A stretch of DNA of 64,000 nt. Source: Eledone cirrhosa (Eukaryota). The first letter of the stretch is position 1; each line of letters opens with the position of its first letter. The translations under genes and the position numbers were made by a program. The stretch spans positions 19,235 to 83,234 of the forward strand of contig CAXHJY010000886.1 of NCBI GenBank assembly GCA_964016885.1, in the 5' to 3' direction. This document shows, in pieces, positions 27,564 to 37,945 of the stretch. The notes under the pieces are model-generated. The model was not told the DNA's origin and made no database searches. It saw only the letters and a program-made list of their open reading frames with translations.

Positions 27564-30500
27564 TTCTTGTTTACAATGACAGAAATATTTGTATCTCATA
27601 TTTTAGCAGCATAACTTTTATAATGTAAATTATTAGTGATTCTATTCAATCTAATAGAAGTTTCTGACAAGTTATAATTCCAACCAAACCCTGCTACTGA
27701 TTACAAGACACTGATGTCCTATTACAATGAGACTGTGTGCCTAAGAAAAGTCTTATAAAACAAATTGTTGGTTTAACCCTTTAGCATTTAAACTGGCCAT
27801 ATCCGGCCAGAATTCCCTCACCTCTTTCTGTTCAAACTGGGCCCCAACCAGCCCCTCATACTGATGTTAGGTATTGTTCTCAAAATAATATCAAAATCTC
27901 AGATTCGATATTATGAGAGATAATTATGTAAGATAAAACCTTTACTGCAAAAATACAATAGTAAATATAGAGTAATGTAAATGCTAAAGGGTTAAAGTAT
28001 TACATAACAAGATCCTTACCTTGGTATGGTTCAATAGTTTCATTGAGGAATATTGGCAGCCATTCATAAATTATTATATTCTATAAAATATATATTAAAA
28101 TATACAAAGATTAAACGGTAGAGCTTAATTCTTAACATCCTGTAATGATTTAACAGACTTATATGAAGCACTGAGGGGATAAAGTTAATATAAAGAGTGA
28201 TGTGTTAATATGCAGAGATACAATAAAATAGTTATAAAATATCTGGAAGATACGAGGTTCAATTCCTCGTAACAGCCAATGGCAACTTTTTTTTGTCTTC
28301 AAGGGTCTTCATCATATTTTATAGGGTATTTTATATTATCTCTGCACATAAGCACTCCATTCCTTATATTACCCCAAAATGTGTTTGACATTATTGTACA
28401 TATCACTAAACCCCAAGATAAATGTTTGAATATATTTCCCTTGGTTACACTCTTCCCCCAGTAAAAATCAAATTTATAAGGGTTTTATTTTAGATAAGAG
28501 ATGGAATGAAGGTCCCATTTCAAACTAAGTATTTTTGTAATTGGTACTTAATATTTTATAACTATGTTATTGTATCCCTGCACATGAGCACATCACTCTT
28601 TATATTAACTTTACCTCCTCATATTTCGTATAAGTCAGAGATCCACTATTTATATACAAGGTTTGTTTACTTTTTTTTTTTATTTAAAATAATCAAAATA
28701 TAAATTGTTTTTATGAAAGATAAAACAAAATTATTTCGTTTTGATACCAAACTACCTGAAACTGCTCATGGTTCTACAATAGAAAACTTTATTTCAAAGA
28801 GTTTATATCTATCTAAAAACTTTCCATCATAATTTTACATAAAAACTTTTGTTGTGTTATGTTCCAAACACCAGCTTAGTGAAAAAGTTATATTACTAAA
28901 TCCCTCCAGATTTATTATTATTTTCAACATTATTTGATTCACATAGGTATATTTCATTAGAAATATCGCAATAAATGAGTTAATAAACCCAATATAATTG
29001 TATGCAATTGAAAAGTATTCTAAATTTACCTGCATTGAAGCTATTACCCAACTTCGAGCTTTATAAAATAATTCATCAGGTTTCATTTCAAAATGAAGCC
29101 GCAGTTCATCAACCAGGTAATTGTGCCATCGAAAGAACAGTATGCTTAATGTAAGAACAGCAGGATTTTCATGTGCATGATTATTACCGAATTCTGAAAG
29201 TCAATAATCAATATATGATATAGTAAAATAATGATTGCAATTACAGTTTCATTTAAACATTTTTTCAATGCTTACATCTCATTCAATAGAGCTTAAGCAC
29301 CTACTTCACTATTTTCCATGCAGAAAATATCCCTCTGTATGTTGTGTTATCACAACAGTGTATATACAATATCTTTATCCTTTTACTGACTTCAGTCATT
29401 TGATGGTGGCCATACTGGGGCACTGCCTTAAAAGGATTTAGTTATCGTATTGATCCCAATACTTATTTTATCAACTCCTTTTTGTTGAACTACAAGTTGC
29501 AAGACAAAAACACACACACACATATATATATATGATGGCTTCTGTGCTTTTCTGTCTACCAAATTTCACTCACAAGGTATTGGTCAACCCAAAGTTATAG
29601 TAGAAGACTCTTGCCCAAGGTGCTGCACAATGGAACTGAACCTAAAAGCACATAATTGCTAAGCAAACTCCTTAACCACAGTCATGTGAATAACTGTTTT
29701 GCTGATGAGATTAAACTAGACTGAAACATGTTTAAGGTTATCTCCATTGTTACCTCAGGAAAGAACTACTGGACAGATTTTATGGGCGAAGCCAACTGGC
29801 AGGTAGCCCAGAGGTAGAACACAAGCAAGTCGGCTGGATAACACCCATAAGCTCAGCTAGCCTTGCCTGGGACCCCACCCAGACCATAAAAATATTCAAT
29901 TGGATTATCTATCAATAATATATTTTGTCAGAATTTCTAAAATGAGGAATTCTTACCATTATTAACAGATTTATTCAAACTAATTTTCTCATTTTGGTTG
30001 TTATAGTTAGACTTCAGCCATAGTTCCCTGTGGCCTTCTTCAAGAGCCTGTCATATTTAGTGATCATCTCAGAATTTCAAACTGATCTCTTTATTCAAAC
30101 CACATTGGTAAACCATCCTCATTATGTTGGTAGGATAGCCTCATTATTTCATTAGTTACTGTGATACTGCTTGCTTTTTCTACTTAATCCTTTTGATACC
30201 AAATTGTTTGAAACTACACCTGGTTCTATGGTACAAAACTTTGTTTTAAAATGTTTATATTTATCTAAAAACAGGTTGTATTGATTGTTCTAGTCTGAAC
30301 AAATCAGTTTATAATAACTATCAATAATAATTTTATTTTTAAACTGAGATTATTAATAATAAAATATAAGAGAAAAATATTTAAATTTACTTACTCCAAT
30401 ATTTCGTTGGATCTGCATAACCAGTACTGTGAGAGACTGGAAACCTCCACTCACCCAGTCCCATTGTGTTGAGGGAAGGGAATTTGTACCATATGTCACT

Positions 30501-30971
30501 TGCTTCCAATTTACCAGTCTTCCAATCTCGTAGAAGATTGGCAGTCACGTCATTGTTTCCATAGATAACACTACCATCCAAAAAGCTGGTCACTTGGTTA
30601 ATCTATAATTATTTAGTTTTATATACACGAATATTGATTAGATAAAAATTTGATTTACTTGGAATGGAAAATAATGTAATTTTTTTGGGGGGGATTATGG
30701 ATTTTTAACCAAATATTTACATGGTACGTTTTGTTTATAGCACATAAAGAGGGTGGACTTGATAAGGTAATCTACCTTCATCTAAAGAGATACAGGTACA
30801 TTCACTGCTATAAGCCCCAATATCACTTTGAAATGATTATTTTGTTGGTTTCAGTTGTAAATTAAATTTCCTTGATGAGAAAAATGTTGAGAAAGAGCAA
30901 TGCTCAATTTAATGGGGAGTGATTGATAAGCCATCCATCAATACTGGTCTTATGAATGAGCTAATGAGGAA

Positions 30972-31007
<36 letters not shown>

Positions 31008-34000
31008 CCACCCAATCTGCTAGAAAGCAGGCAAATCTCCAACAAACATTACTACTCTATAGGAATATTAATTAAATTGACCCTAGTACTTGACCGGTAT
31101 TTTGTTTTATCAACCCAAGAAGGATGAAAGGGAAAGTTAACCATGGCAGGATTTTGAACTTAAAGGGTTAAACTATTGACTGTAAGCATTCTGATGCTTT
31201 AATGATTCTGAAAATTCAACCCTATATCAGGTTAAGAATATAAAAATAAGTGAGAAATTTATATGAAATGATGTAAGTAGCTTGTTTATTTTTGATTCTT
31301 TTTTCTTATTGTTTCCACTGTTTCAACAACAATGTTTTAAAGGTGTCACAACTAAAAGACCAAGTCCACACTGTAAGGTGATCATGTAGGAGTCACAACA
31401 ATGCACCCAGTCCATACCGTAAGGTGATTGTGTAGGTGAGACAACAAAAAAACACACTGTAAATGTGGTTGGCATTAGGAAAGGCATCCAGCTGTAGAAA
31501 CCAAGTCACAATCAGTTTTGTATGACTGAAACATGGTCCTCTGATCAGATCTCTCACAACAAGACAGCCCATCTTTCCTATGCTAAAGTGGAAACTGGAC
31601 ATTAAACGATGATGATGATGTAAATTCTTACCTGTTTCCTTGGGTTATTTGGAGAAATTCCTGATTGTCTGTCATATTCAGCACGTTCGTAGGGTATAAA
31701 ATGGTTGCCGCTACATTTGTTATCAAAGTCATCATCACATTTTGGAACTTTTACATTGAGAATTTCAATAGGACAGCCAGGTTCATCAGTGCTGGAAATT
31801 TCTAAGGTAAGGAACTCTCCTGATTTTTTTAAATATATAAAATATCATTAAAAAATGTTTATAACATTGTCACAATGCTTTCAAAAACTGCCCCAAACCT
31901 CAATAAATCATTTATTTTATATACACTAAATAAGTTCACCTCTTTCTGTTCAAACCAGCTGTATCTGACCACTCATACTAATGTTAAGGTATTGTTCTCA
32001 AAATAATTAATATCAAAAATCCCAGATTCGATATTATGTGAGATAATTGTGTAAGATATAGCCTTTACCGTGAAAATACAATAGTAAATATAGAGTAATG
32101 TAAATGCTAAAGGGTTAATATTGATTCCTAACATAATTACAAGGCTTCAGATTTAAAGGAGGGGTGCAGTTGATTAAATCAATACCAGTATTTGACTAAC
32201 ACTCTAATGACCAGTCAACAGAAGAGAGATAAGTGTAAAAGTAAAACTCACTATCTTCAATTCAGTATTTGTGCCTACTCTTATTTAAACTTTGTCAGTC
32301 CCCTGTCCCATTTCTTTTCAGATAATGTAACCAAAGTTACAATATACATAGAAAATATAAAAAGATAGGATTATTTGTACATTGTTTTCTATTGAATTCT
32401 TTGGAAAACTTGTTTAACATTTTTTTACATTTACATACTTCTAAATTGATTATAAATGTAATTCTATATCTGATGGAGGAATGAGTAAATATTTTATTTT
32501 TTTGCTTAGTCAGTCTTTACAGAGCTTCCAGAGATTGTGGAAAAGAGGTCAGTAATGTATCCCCAAACTGGAGGCTAGACTTGAATGCTTGCAATAGAGT
32601 GTATTCTGTTAATACCCAATGGCCCCATGGTGGTGTTAAACCAGGTAACACCACCATATAGACCACAAACGGATTTGAACTCAAAACACAAGCTGGAATA
32701 AATACCACAAAGCATCCTATCTGATGCTAACAGTTCTGCTAGTCCACCACCCTAGATGGGTAATTTATCAACCCCAGAGGGATGAAAGGCAAAGTTGACC
32801 TTGGTAGGATCTAAACTCAGAATACAATGAGATTGAAAGGCATTTTGTCTGATGCCCTGTCATTGCTGTAGCTGAGAATTAGTTTCAAGTACAAAAAATA
32901 AAAATCCACCAGTTTTGTTATTACATCAACACCCGCACATAGCTACTTCTTTTACCTTGGTACTGAAAATCTAATGTGATTTCAAAATAATATACAAGTC
33001 AATACTTACCAAAATATGCAAACAATGCTGATTTTCCTGTAGTAGACACTTTATCAGTGCTCCCACGAAACAACATGCTGCTAATGTTTCTTGGATTTGG
33101 TCTATGGGAACCAGATGGCAAGTATGTTTGGTCTTCATAATGACTCGGTAGATTAAACGCCAACGGGCAAACTGAAAATCAAAAAGTAAACTATTGTTAT
33201 CATGTCTAATACTTAGTAAACAACATCAAAAGAAACTTTAGTCACTGACATGAGAGCTGAATTATTAACCCTTTTGGCATTAGAAAGGGCATCCAGCTGT
33301 AGAAATCTAGCCAAAACAGTTCTGTATGAGCAGGACACGGTCACCTGACCCAACTTGCCTCAAATGGGACAACCCATCTAACCCACGCTAATGTGGAAGT
33401 GGATGTTAAACGATGATGATGATGATAAACTACCTAAAACTGCCTCTGGTTTTACTATACTAAGGTGTTTATTTAAAGTGTTTATATCTATCTAAAAACT
33501 TCCCATCAGAATTTTATGTAAGAATTTTTAAGTTCTGTTGTAAACATCAGGTTAATAATGAGAAAATTATATTACTAAATCCTTTCAAATTCTTGATTAT
33601 TTTCAAAATGATTTGAAAAATCACAAGCATTGTCTTTGTTTAAAAACATGGTACAATACGCCTTCAGTATAATACGCCTTCAGTATAATACGCCTTCAGT
33701 ATAATACGCCTTCAGTATAATACGCCTTCAGTATAATACGCCTTCAGTATAATACGCCTTCAGTATAATACGCCTTCAGTATAATACGCCTTCAGTATAA
33801 TACGCCTTCAGTATAATACGCCTTCAGTATAATACGCCTTCAGTATAATACGCCTTCAGTATAATACGCCTTCAGTATAATACGCCTTCAGTATAATACG
33901 CCTTCAGTATAATACGCCTTCAGTATAATACGCCTTCAGTATAATACGACTTCAGTATAATACGCCTTCAGTATAATACGCCTTCAGTATAATACGCCTT

Positions 34001-35253
34001 CAGTATAATACGCCTTCAGTATAATACGCCTTCAGTATAATACGCCTTCAGTATAATACGCCTTCAGTATAATACGCCTTCAGTATAATACGCCTTCAGT
34101 ATAATACGCCTTCAGTATAATACGCCTTCAGTATAATACGCCTTCAGTATAATACGCCTTCAGTATAATACGACTTCAGTATAATACGACTTCAGTATAA
34201 TACGACTTCAGTATAATACGACTTCAGTATAATACGACTTCAGTATAATACGACTTCAGTATAATACGCCTTCAGTATAATACGCCTTCAGTATAATACG
34301 CCTTCAGTATAATACGCCTTCAGTATAATATGCCTTCAGTATAATACGACTTCAGTATAATACGACCCCTATTTCTGAAGCTAAGAAGATAGAATCATGG
34401 GAATAAATGACATCCTTATGTATAATACAATGTTCTCTGGCAAAATATTGATACACATACATTTCACTATATTATTCAGTTTTCTCATGAGGTTAAAGAA
34501 TGCAAAATAATCAAATGTTTAGTATTTTGTGTTGAAGCAATCACTGAGTGTATTTGCAATCTTGCCACTTGAAATGAATATTTTTAAGCTCAGTAAAAAT
34601 TTCTGAAAACATGTACTCAAGTATAATATACCCTCGTTTTTGCCTTTAATTTTAGTTTAAGATTTATATTATACATGAGAAAATATTGTAAAGTAAATAT
34701 GAATACCATATCCTCTCTTTTTCTCTACACCAGTGATTTCCAAATTGAGCTCCATGAATAAATTCTGGAGCTTTGCAAAGTAAGTTCTGTGAATAAATTT
34801 TAGAGCTTTGCAAGATATATTTTTTTTAATATAAATAAATTCTCTCCCCATAACATTTTTTTTTTGTTTCATGTCTTCAAGGTCTTATTAAAATTAGGGT
34901 GGTATGGATTTTTCATTTAATGCAGCCATGGGTTCCACTGTTTTTGGAAAATTATATAAGGGTTCTGCAATTTCCAGACAAAATAAATTTAGGAACCACT
35001 GTTCTACACTATATTAAGAAAATAGGAGCATGGTTAGTTTTCCTATTTTCCTTTTATGCTCTCTTGGTGAAAGAAATTTGATGCTCTAGTATAGGCAAGT
35101 GAAACAGTATCATTTCTCAGTAATTCATTTAAAAAATAAATAGTGATGGTTACTTACAAGAAGAACCCAAAGATGGATTTGCTTTGCTGTTATACCAGCC
35201 ATCAAATCTCTGGCGTTGAATGTCTTTCTTGGTATTATTGAATGTGATCACTG
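615..35253 (-). CDS. DUOX: Dual oxidase (DUOX)-like gene, partial multi-exon span (peroxidase-homology domain, TM, PH-like domain, EF-hands); 5' exon and C-terminal NOX domain not in the reconstructed span
   Basis: Manually spliced GT-AG exons give one continuous, phase-consistent frame with DUOX motifs QRFDGWYN, PNPRNIS, GCPIE, SPNNPRKQINQVTSFLDGSVIYG, FFRWHN, YEWLP, GRDYGLPDYN, RLRDGDRFWFEN, a TM helix, VPRSYDL and EF-hands. The span below 4007 rests on putative micro-exons. Confidence 0.93.
1143..1239. repeat. 23-bp tandem repeat x4
   Basis: TTATTACTGTACCGATTGTGTTG. Confidence 0.95.
1422..1604 (+). mobile_element. Hammerhead-containing ~180-nt island (Penelope pLTR-like) between short TA tracts
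   Basis: Bounded by (TA)n; contains the hammerhead at 1496-1560. Confidence 0.45.
1496..1560 (+). ncRNA. Type I hammerhead ribozyme motif
   Basis: UAUUUUAU-CUGAUGA-long helix II (AAGcGUA/UACcCUU)-GAAA-UAUAUA-UA|AUAAAAUA: 8-bp helix I, palindromic helix III. Confidence 0.65.
2812..2842 (-). CDS. DUOX: Putative 31-nt DUOX micro-exon (FPLSQFDYTR)
   Basis: tttttttgtag acceptor, GTAAGC donor, phase 2-0, 99-nt upstream intron. Confidence 0.5.
2942..2972 (-). CDS. DUOX: Putative 31-nt DUOX micro-exon (APKECFPGKRI)
   Basis: tttacag acceptor, GTAAGT donor, phase 1-2 open frame. Confidence 0.65.
4007..4182 (-). CDS. DUOX: DUOX exon (TLLDMGKCNV...KNYINFEEF...SIEWKG), EF-like region
   Basis: CAG/GTAAGT boundaries, phase 2-1, matches the DUOX post-EF segment. 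Confidence 0.9.
5690..6310 (-). mobile_element. Old RTE-type LINE 3' remnant
   Basis: Decayed homology to 26680-27220 (FCYLGDQI, GRPRKTWDE). Confidence 0.55.
6482..6575 (-). CDS. DUOX: DUOX exon with EF-hand 2 (GTATDKLKMLFRMYDVDSSETLDRSELLVMFK)
   Basis: CAG/GTAAGA boundaries, phase 1-2, EF loop DVDSSETLDRSE. Confidence 0.92.
7491..7949. repeat. 15-bp minisatellite (~30 copies)
   Basis: A(A/T)AAGGTTTGTTAGT tandem array. Confidence 0.97.
8391..8526 (-). CDS. DUOX: DUOX exon with EF-hand 1 (AEFAEALAMKTDSEFVERMFSLADTGKKNYISFRDFF...K)
   Basis: TAG/GTAAGT boundaries, phase 0-1, EFAEAL...FVExMFSLAD motif. Confidence 0.93.
9518..9598 (-). CDS. DUOX: DUOX exon (AFHLDYDPNLDKKQMDNSDMLNFEMSK)
   Basis: CAG/GTATGT boundaries, phase 0-0, open frame bridging its neighbours. 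Confidence 0.85.
9801..10745 (+). repeat. 49-bp minisatellite (~16 copies) fused to a SINE 3' end with (GAT)n tail
   Basis: Unit ggtcgtgtaggtatcacaacaaaaaagcacccagtccacattgtaaagt, followed by ttaggaagggcatccagc...gacgttaaacgatgatgatg. Confidence 0.9.
10805..10951 (-). mobile_element. tRNA-derived SINE (same family as 38802)
   Basis: Reverse-complement similarity to 38802-38950. Confidence 0.75.
11003..11188 (-). CDS. DUOX: DUOX exon (ILQFKTEQDR...AITRKKRNKLLEKFLKNVFSE)
   Basis: CAG/GTTAGA boundaries, phase 0-0, AxTxxxRxxxLExF motif. Confidence 0.9.
12388..12587 (-). CDS. DUOX: DUOX exon (LEWIEYP...LLIKVPRSYDL), PH-like domain
   Basis: TAG/GTAAGT boundaries, phase 1-0, EW...LLxKVPxxYDL motif. 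Confidence 0.92.
13379..13507 (-). CDS. DUOX: DUOX exon (FLLLTYTLGWYKRSYTNKLK...HIYR), end of the TM helix
   Basis: CAG/GTAATG boundaries, phase 1-1, hydrophobic stretch followed by basic residues. Confidence 0.85.
13895..14074 (-). mobile_element. tRNA-derived SINE (same family as 38802)
   Basis: Reverse-complement similarity to 38806-38982. Confidence 0.75.
14583..14717 (-). CDS. DUOX: DUOX exon (KQCPSLPINMTVLEACPDLHGFDFFSGSEVSFIATWIGIAFIPG), start of the TM helix
   Basis: CAG/GTAAGT boundaries, phase 1-1, CP...LExC...DxFxGS motif. Confidence 0.9.
15953..16056 (-). CDS. DUOX: DUOX exon (LFTKEEIAEIKSIKMSYIIQ...DVFIT)
   Basis: CAG/GTATGC boundaries, phase 2-1, FTxEEI motif. Confidence 0.88.
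17394..17569 (-). CDS. DUOX: DUOX exon (IIQMMKSVHKSLDNIDIFTGALME...RLRDGDRFWFENMHNG)
   Basis: AG/GTAAAA boundaries, phase 0-2, RLRDGDRFWFEN motif. Confidence 0.94.
17981..18153 (-). CDS. DUOX: DUOX exon (GRNRGTLYYNIQDRVVQIIMKGRDYGLPDYNSAR...SNPK)
   Basis: AG/GTATGA boundaries, phase 1-0, GRDxGLPDYN motif. Confidence 0.93.
20040..20142 (-). CDS. DUOX: DUOX exon (DYMIEYESAFKEFLYGMISQPAEADDMIIVEDFK)
   Basis: AG/GTAAGT boundaries, phase 0-1, GMxSQxAExxDxxIVED motif. Confidence 0.92.
20320..22235 (+). mobile_element. Old RTE-type LINE remnant (endonuclease to RT), interrupted by a SINE
   Basis: Endonuclease-like remnants (GVG, LAGxFNG, RLLEFC) and GKATGP..IVTEMLK; similar to the 25.9-kb element near 22150-22230. 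Confidence 0.6.
21096..21415 (-). mobile_element. tRNA-derived composite SINE with RTE-like 3' end
   Basis: A/B-box head (tggcttagtggttagagc...gagttcaattc); near-identical copy at 51428-51776; 3' end matches the LINE end at 27264-27300. Confidence 0.8.
22370..22430 (-). CDS. DUOX: DUOX exon (DESCRYQKQLRFCNTFWKGQ)
   Basis: TAG/GTAAGT boundaries, phase 2-0, LRxCNxFW motif. Confidence 0.9.
24065..24161 (-). CDS. DUOX: DUOX exon (GYKPSVDPRLTAIYDAVVKNYYLTLMPSVIHRR)
   Basis: AG/GTAT boundaries, phase 1-2, aligns gap-free to the proximal-His helix region. Confidence 0.9.
24284..24451. mobile_element. Tc1/mariner-superfamily (Tc2/pogo-like) MITE
   Basis: Imperfect TIRs CCATATTTCCTGGAGCCGAAGAC / GTTTTCGACGCCAGGAAATACGG; TA on the left flank. 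Confidence 0.6.
25915..27310 (+). mobile_element. RTE-type LINE 3' portion, degenerate, with Cys-rich insertion and (GAT)n tail
   Basis: QFGF, FVDLEKAFDRVP, VHQGS, ADDLVL, GLRVNTNKTKV, HGSETW and RGRPRKTW remnants with stops; tail at 27298-27310. Confidence 0.85.
27777..27991. mobile_element. piggyBac-like MITE
   Basis: TTAA-CCCTTTAGCATTTA...TAAATGCTAAAGGG-TTAA; partial second copy near 31937-32118. Confidence 0.8.
28020..28080 (-). CDS. DUOX: DUOX exon (NIIIYEWLPIFLNETIEPYQ)
   Basis: TAG/GTAAGG boundaries, phase 0-1, YEWLP motif. Confidence 0.92.
29030..29193 (-). CDS. DUOX: DUOX exon (FGNNHAHENPAVLTLSILFFRWHN...KARSWVIASMQ)
   Basis: AG/GTAAAT boundaries, phase 1-0, ENP...FRWHN motif. Confidence 0.93.
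30395..30602 (-). CDS. DUOX: DUOX exon (INQVTSFLDGSVIYG...DPTKYW)
   Basis: TAG/GTAAGT boundaries, phase 0-1, NQVTSFLDGSxIYG motif. Confidence 0.93.
31632..31819 (-). CDS. DUOX: DUOX exon (GEFLTLEISSTDEPGCPIE...SPNNPRKQ)
   Basis: AG/GTAAGA boundaries, phase 1-0, GCPxE and SPNNPR motifs. Confidence 0.93.
33010..33171 (-). CDS. DUOX: DUOX exon (CPLAFNLPSHYEDQTY...RPNPRNISSMLF...ALFAYFG)
   Basis: AG/GTAAGT boundaries, phase 1-1, PNPRxIS peroxidase motif. Confidence 0.92.
33655..34367. repeat. 16-bp minisatellite (~44 copies)
   Basis: AATACG(C/A)CTTCAGTAT tandem array. Confidence 0.97.
35158..35253 (-). CDS. DUOX: DUOX exon (VITFNNTKKDIQRQRFDGWYNSKANPSLGSS)
   Basis: CAGCAG tandem acceptor, GTAAGT donor, DUOX N-terminal RFDGWYN motif. 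Confidence 0.9.
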
Positions 35254-35338
35254 CTGTTAAAAGAAATTAAATTACTACATATTGTAAAGAGGAAAAGACA
35301 AAAACAGAGAAATAGCAAGGGAACATACGATTATTTAA

Positions 35339-35541
35339 CCTTTTTGATACCAAACTTCCTGAAACTATCCCTGGTTCTATGACACAAAACTATTTTAATG
35401 TTTTTATATTTATCTAAAACTTTCTATCATTATTCTATAAGAACATTGAAGTCGTGTTCCAAGTGCTGGTTTAATAATGAGAAAATCATATTGCAAAATC
35501 ACTTCAAGGCAGTGTTTTTCATAAATATGGTAACAAAAGGG
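35339..35541. mobile_element. piggyBac-like MITE, second family (other copies near 8101-8354, 8731-8964, 28735-28983, 33265-33650, 38070-38322)
   Basis: TTAA-CCTTTTTGATACCA...TGGTAACAAAAGGG-TTAA. Confidence 0.7.
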
Positions 35542-37054
35542 TTAATAATGTATTAAGAAGAAGCAATGAACTGGAAAGGGGCAAAGCACATTGGTATAAA
35601 CACTTCTAGTGGGAGTTTTCATCTAATTGCTTAGATAATTGCAGTTAATCAAATTTTTTCAATTTACCCTAATACATATGTGAGACTCAAAGTTCATCAT
35701 CATCACCATTTTACATCTTTTTTCTATACTTGCATGGGTCAGATGAATTGTAGCATTATGCAACTGGACTGGTCAAATGACTGTCTTCACATGCAAAATA
35801 TTTCCTTGAGATATTTTCCTTCAGCCATATTGTTGATATTCATAATCAGCATCATTACACTCCCTCTAGTTCATAAAATAGATTGATCACTATAGTCTTA
35901 CCAACTGAGTAGAAAATGATTCAATAATGAGGTCTAATGAGGCAGAAACATGTCCATTTTCCCCCAGTTGGCTCTAAATACCAGATCCGTTTCAATCTTC
36001 ATTGTTTATATTGTCTAACACTTTATCTAAGGTACCACGCTTCATTATATTTAGATTTTAAACTCCTGTAGAGGGAATTTTTCACAACTAATTACTTGAT
36101 TAATTTTAATATATTACATATCTTAAAGACGTTTCTATACACCAGCATATATCACCTCAATATGTCCAAGTGTCATTTATCTGACCAGCTAAATGCACAA
36201 ATTAAAGTTTTTGGTCCTTTTCCTCAAAATAAGTTTTTTTTATTTTTATCATACATTGCAATTATTTAAAAGGTTTCCAATGAATAGGTCCTTGCTTCAC
36301 AACATTTATGACAGTGAAAGAAAAAAAAAGAATGTCTGCAACTTGGTGCAGAGTTAATATCATAATGGCCTTCTTTTGAAGAGCACCAGATTTCCAGTTT
36401 CCTTGCTGATTTTTACATTTTTCACTGAAATGTATAACTTTATGAACACACATATGATAGACTCCCACCTATCAAATTACATTGTAATAGAATTGGAATT
36501 GGAACCTAGTTTCTAAGTGAATTTCTTAAACCACACAACCTTACTTGTACATTAATTCAACTAACTGATTCTATCACCATGTTTTAAAATTCTTTTGTTA
36601 CTATAAATACGAAAATAAAACAATGAAATTTGTAACCTGGGAGCTATAATTCACCTCTGTTTATGGGGATTAGCCATTATCTGTAAATGGGTGTGTATCT
36701 TCATTTATTAGGTTAAATAGGAAAATCTATAACTTGTCCTGTGTCAAGAAAAATAGTTGTAGGAATAGGATTATTATCTAAAGAGTTTAAAATAATCTAA
36801 AACCAAATATGAGTACATCAAAATGGCTGTTGTACTGCTTAATGGAATCAGAAACCATGGCTACACATAATAAATTATCCTTATCAGAGCTAATAGAAAG
36901 GCTTCCTTGTTTCCTGATTTGATTATTTTGAAATGAATAAAGGAAAACATTCAAAACATTCACTCCTTTGCTGGGAGAAAATATCAAAAGTAAATCAAAT
37001 AAGTTTTGACTTATCTGATCATCTTGTGTCCACAAGAGTGTCAGTTACAAAGCT

Positions 37055-37945
37055 TGGCTAGATGTGGCTCTGCCACAGCTGAACACATTGATGTCCTTTC
37101 TCATTAAATTCTGCCAAGTCCAATGCTGTGCAAGAGTGTTCCAGTAGGGGACATATCAGGAGGTGCTGCATAGTCTGTGGTTTGATACCGCAGCCACACA
37201 CAACGTCTCCATTTTGCAAGAGTGACTTTTGCACATCAAACACCAGATCTTAGTCTATTTAGACATTTGCACACTGCATAGTTTGTATTTGCTCCAGGGG
37301 GAAGTGCCTCGCTTGGCTTTAGCTCCATTGTTACTGGTGGGAGGTTAAGTTTTTCTTCCCAGCAAGTGACTCTTTCACTACTTATGCTTGATGTTCCAAG
37401 GGGCATGATGCTCCTTAGGAAACTTTTTCTGGATTTAAGACAGCTTTTGGCTGGCACATAGCTGAAGAGAGGATGTTTTTGATCTATAGTCTGTTGTTGA
37501 CTCTTTCTTGCTTGCTGCACTTCGTCGTATCTCTGGTGGGGCTATGCCTGCCAGGATTTACAGATGGTCTGTAGGTGTAGATTTCAGGCAGCCTGTGATG
37601 AGACGGCAGCTAGCATTGAGGGTGGGATCTAGCTTCTGGACATGGACAGCTCGTTCCCATACTAGGCATACATACTCGGCAACTGAATAGCAGAGACCTA
37701 GTGCAGTTGACTTTAAAGTCTGTGGGTTTGCACTCCAGGTTGTGCCAGTGAGCTTGTGCATGATAATGTTCCTCACATTCACTTTGTCTTCTCAATGTGG
37801 AAGTTGAAAGAGAGACACCCATCCAGAGTTACACCTAGATAGACTGGGTGCTCACAGTGTTCAAGAGGGTTTCCTGACCAGTTGACCTTCAGTTGGCACT
37901 TGGCTTCATGGTTTCGCAGGTGGAAGGCATGTACCTGCATCTTAG
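37055..37945 (-). mobile_element. Ingi/Vingi-like LINE 3' fragment, frameshifted
   Basis: KLTGTTW.ANPQTL..TAL.LCYSVAEY, CRLITGCL, LNRLRSG and C-terminal C.CG...QTMQHLL.CP knuckle. Confidence 0.7.

Noticed and set aside
36655-36680. DUOX first coding exon (ATGGCTAATCCC...)
   Set aside because: Phase incompatible with exon 35158-35253 and no hydrophobic signal peptide
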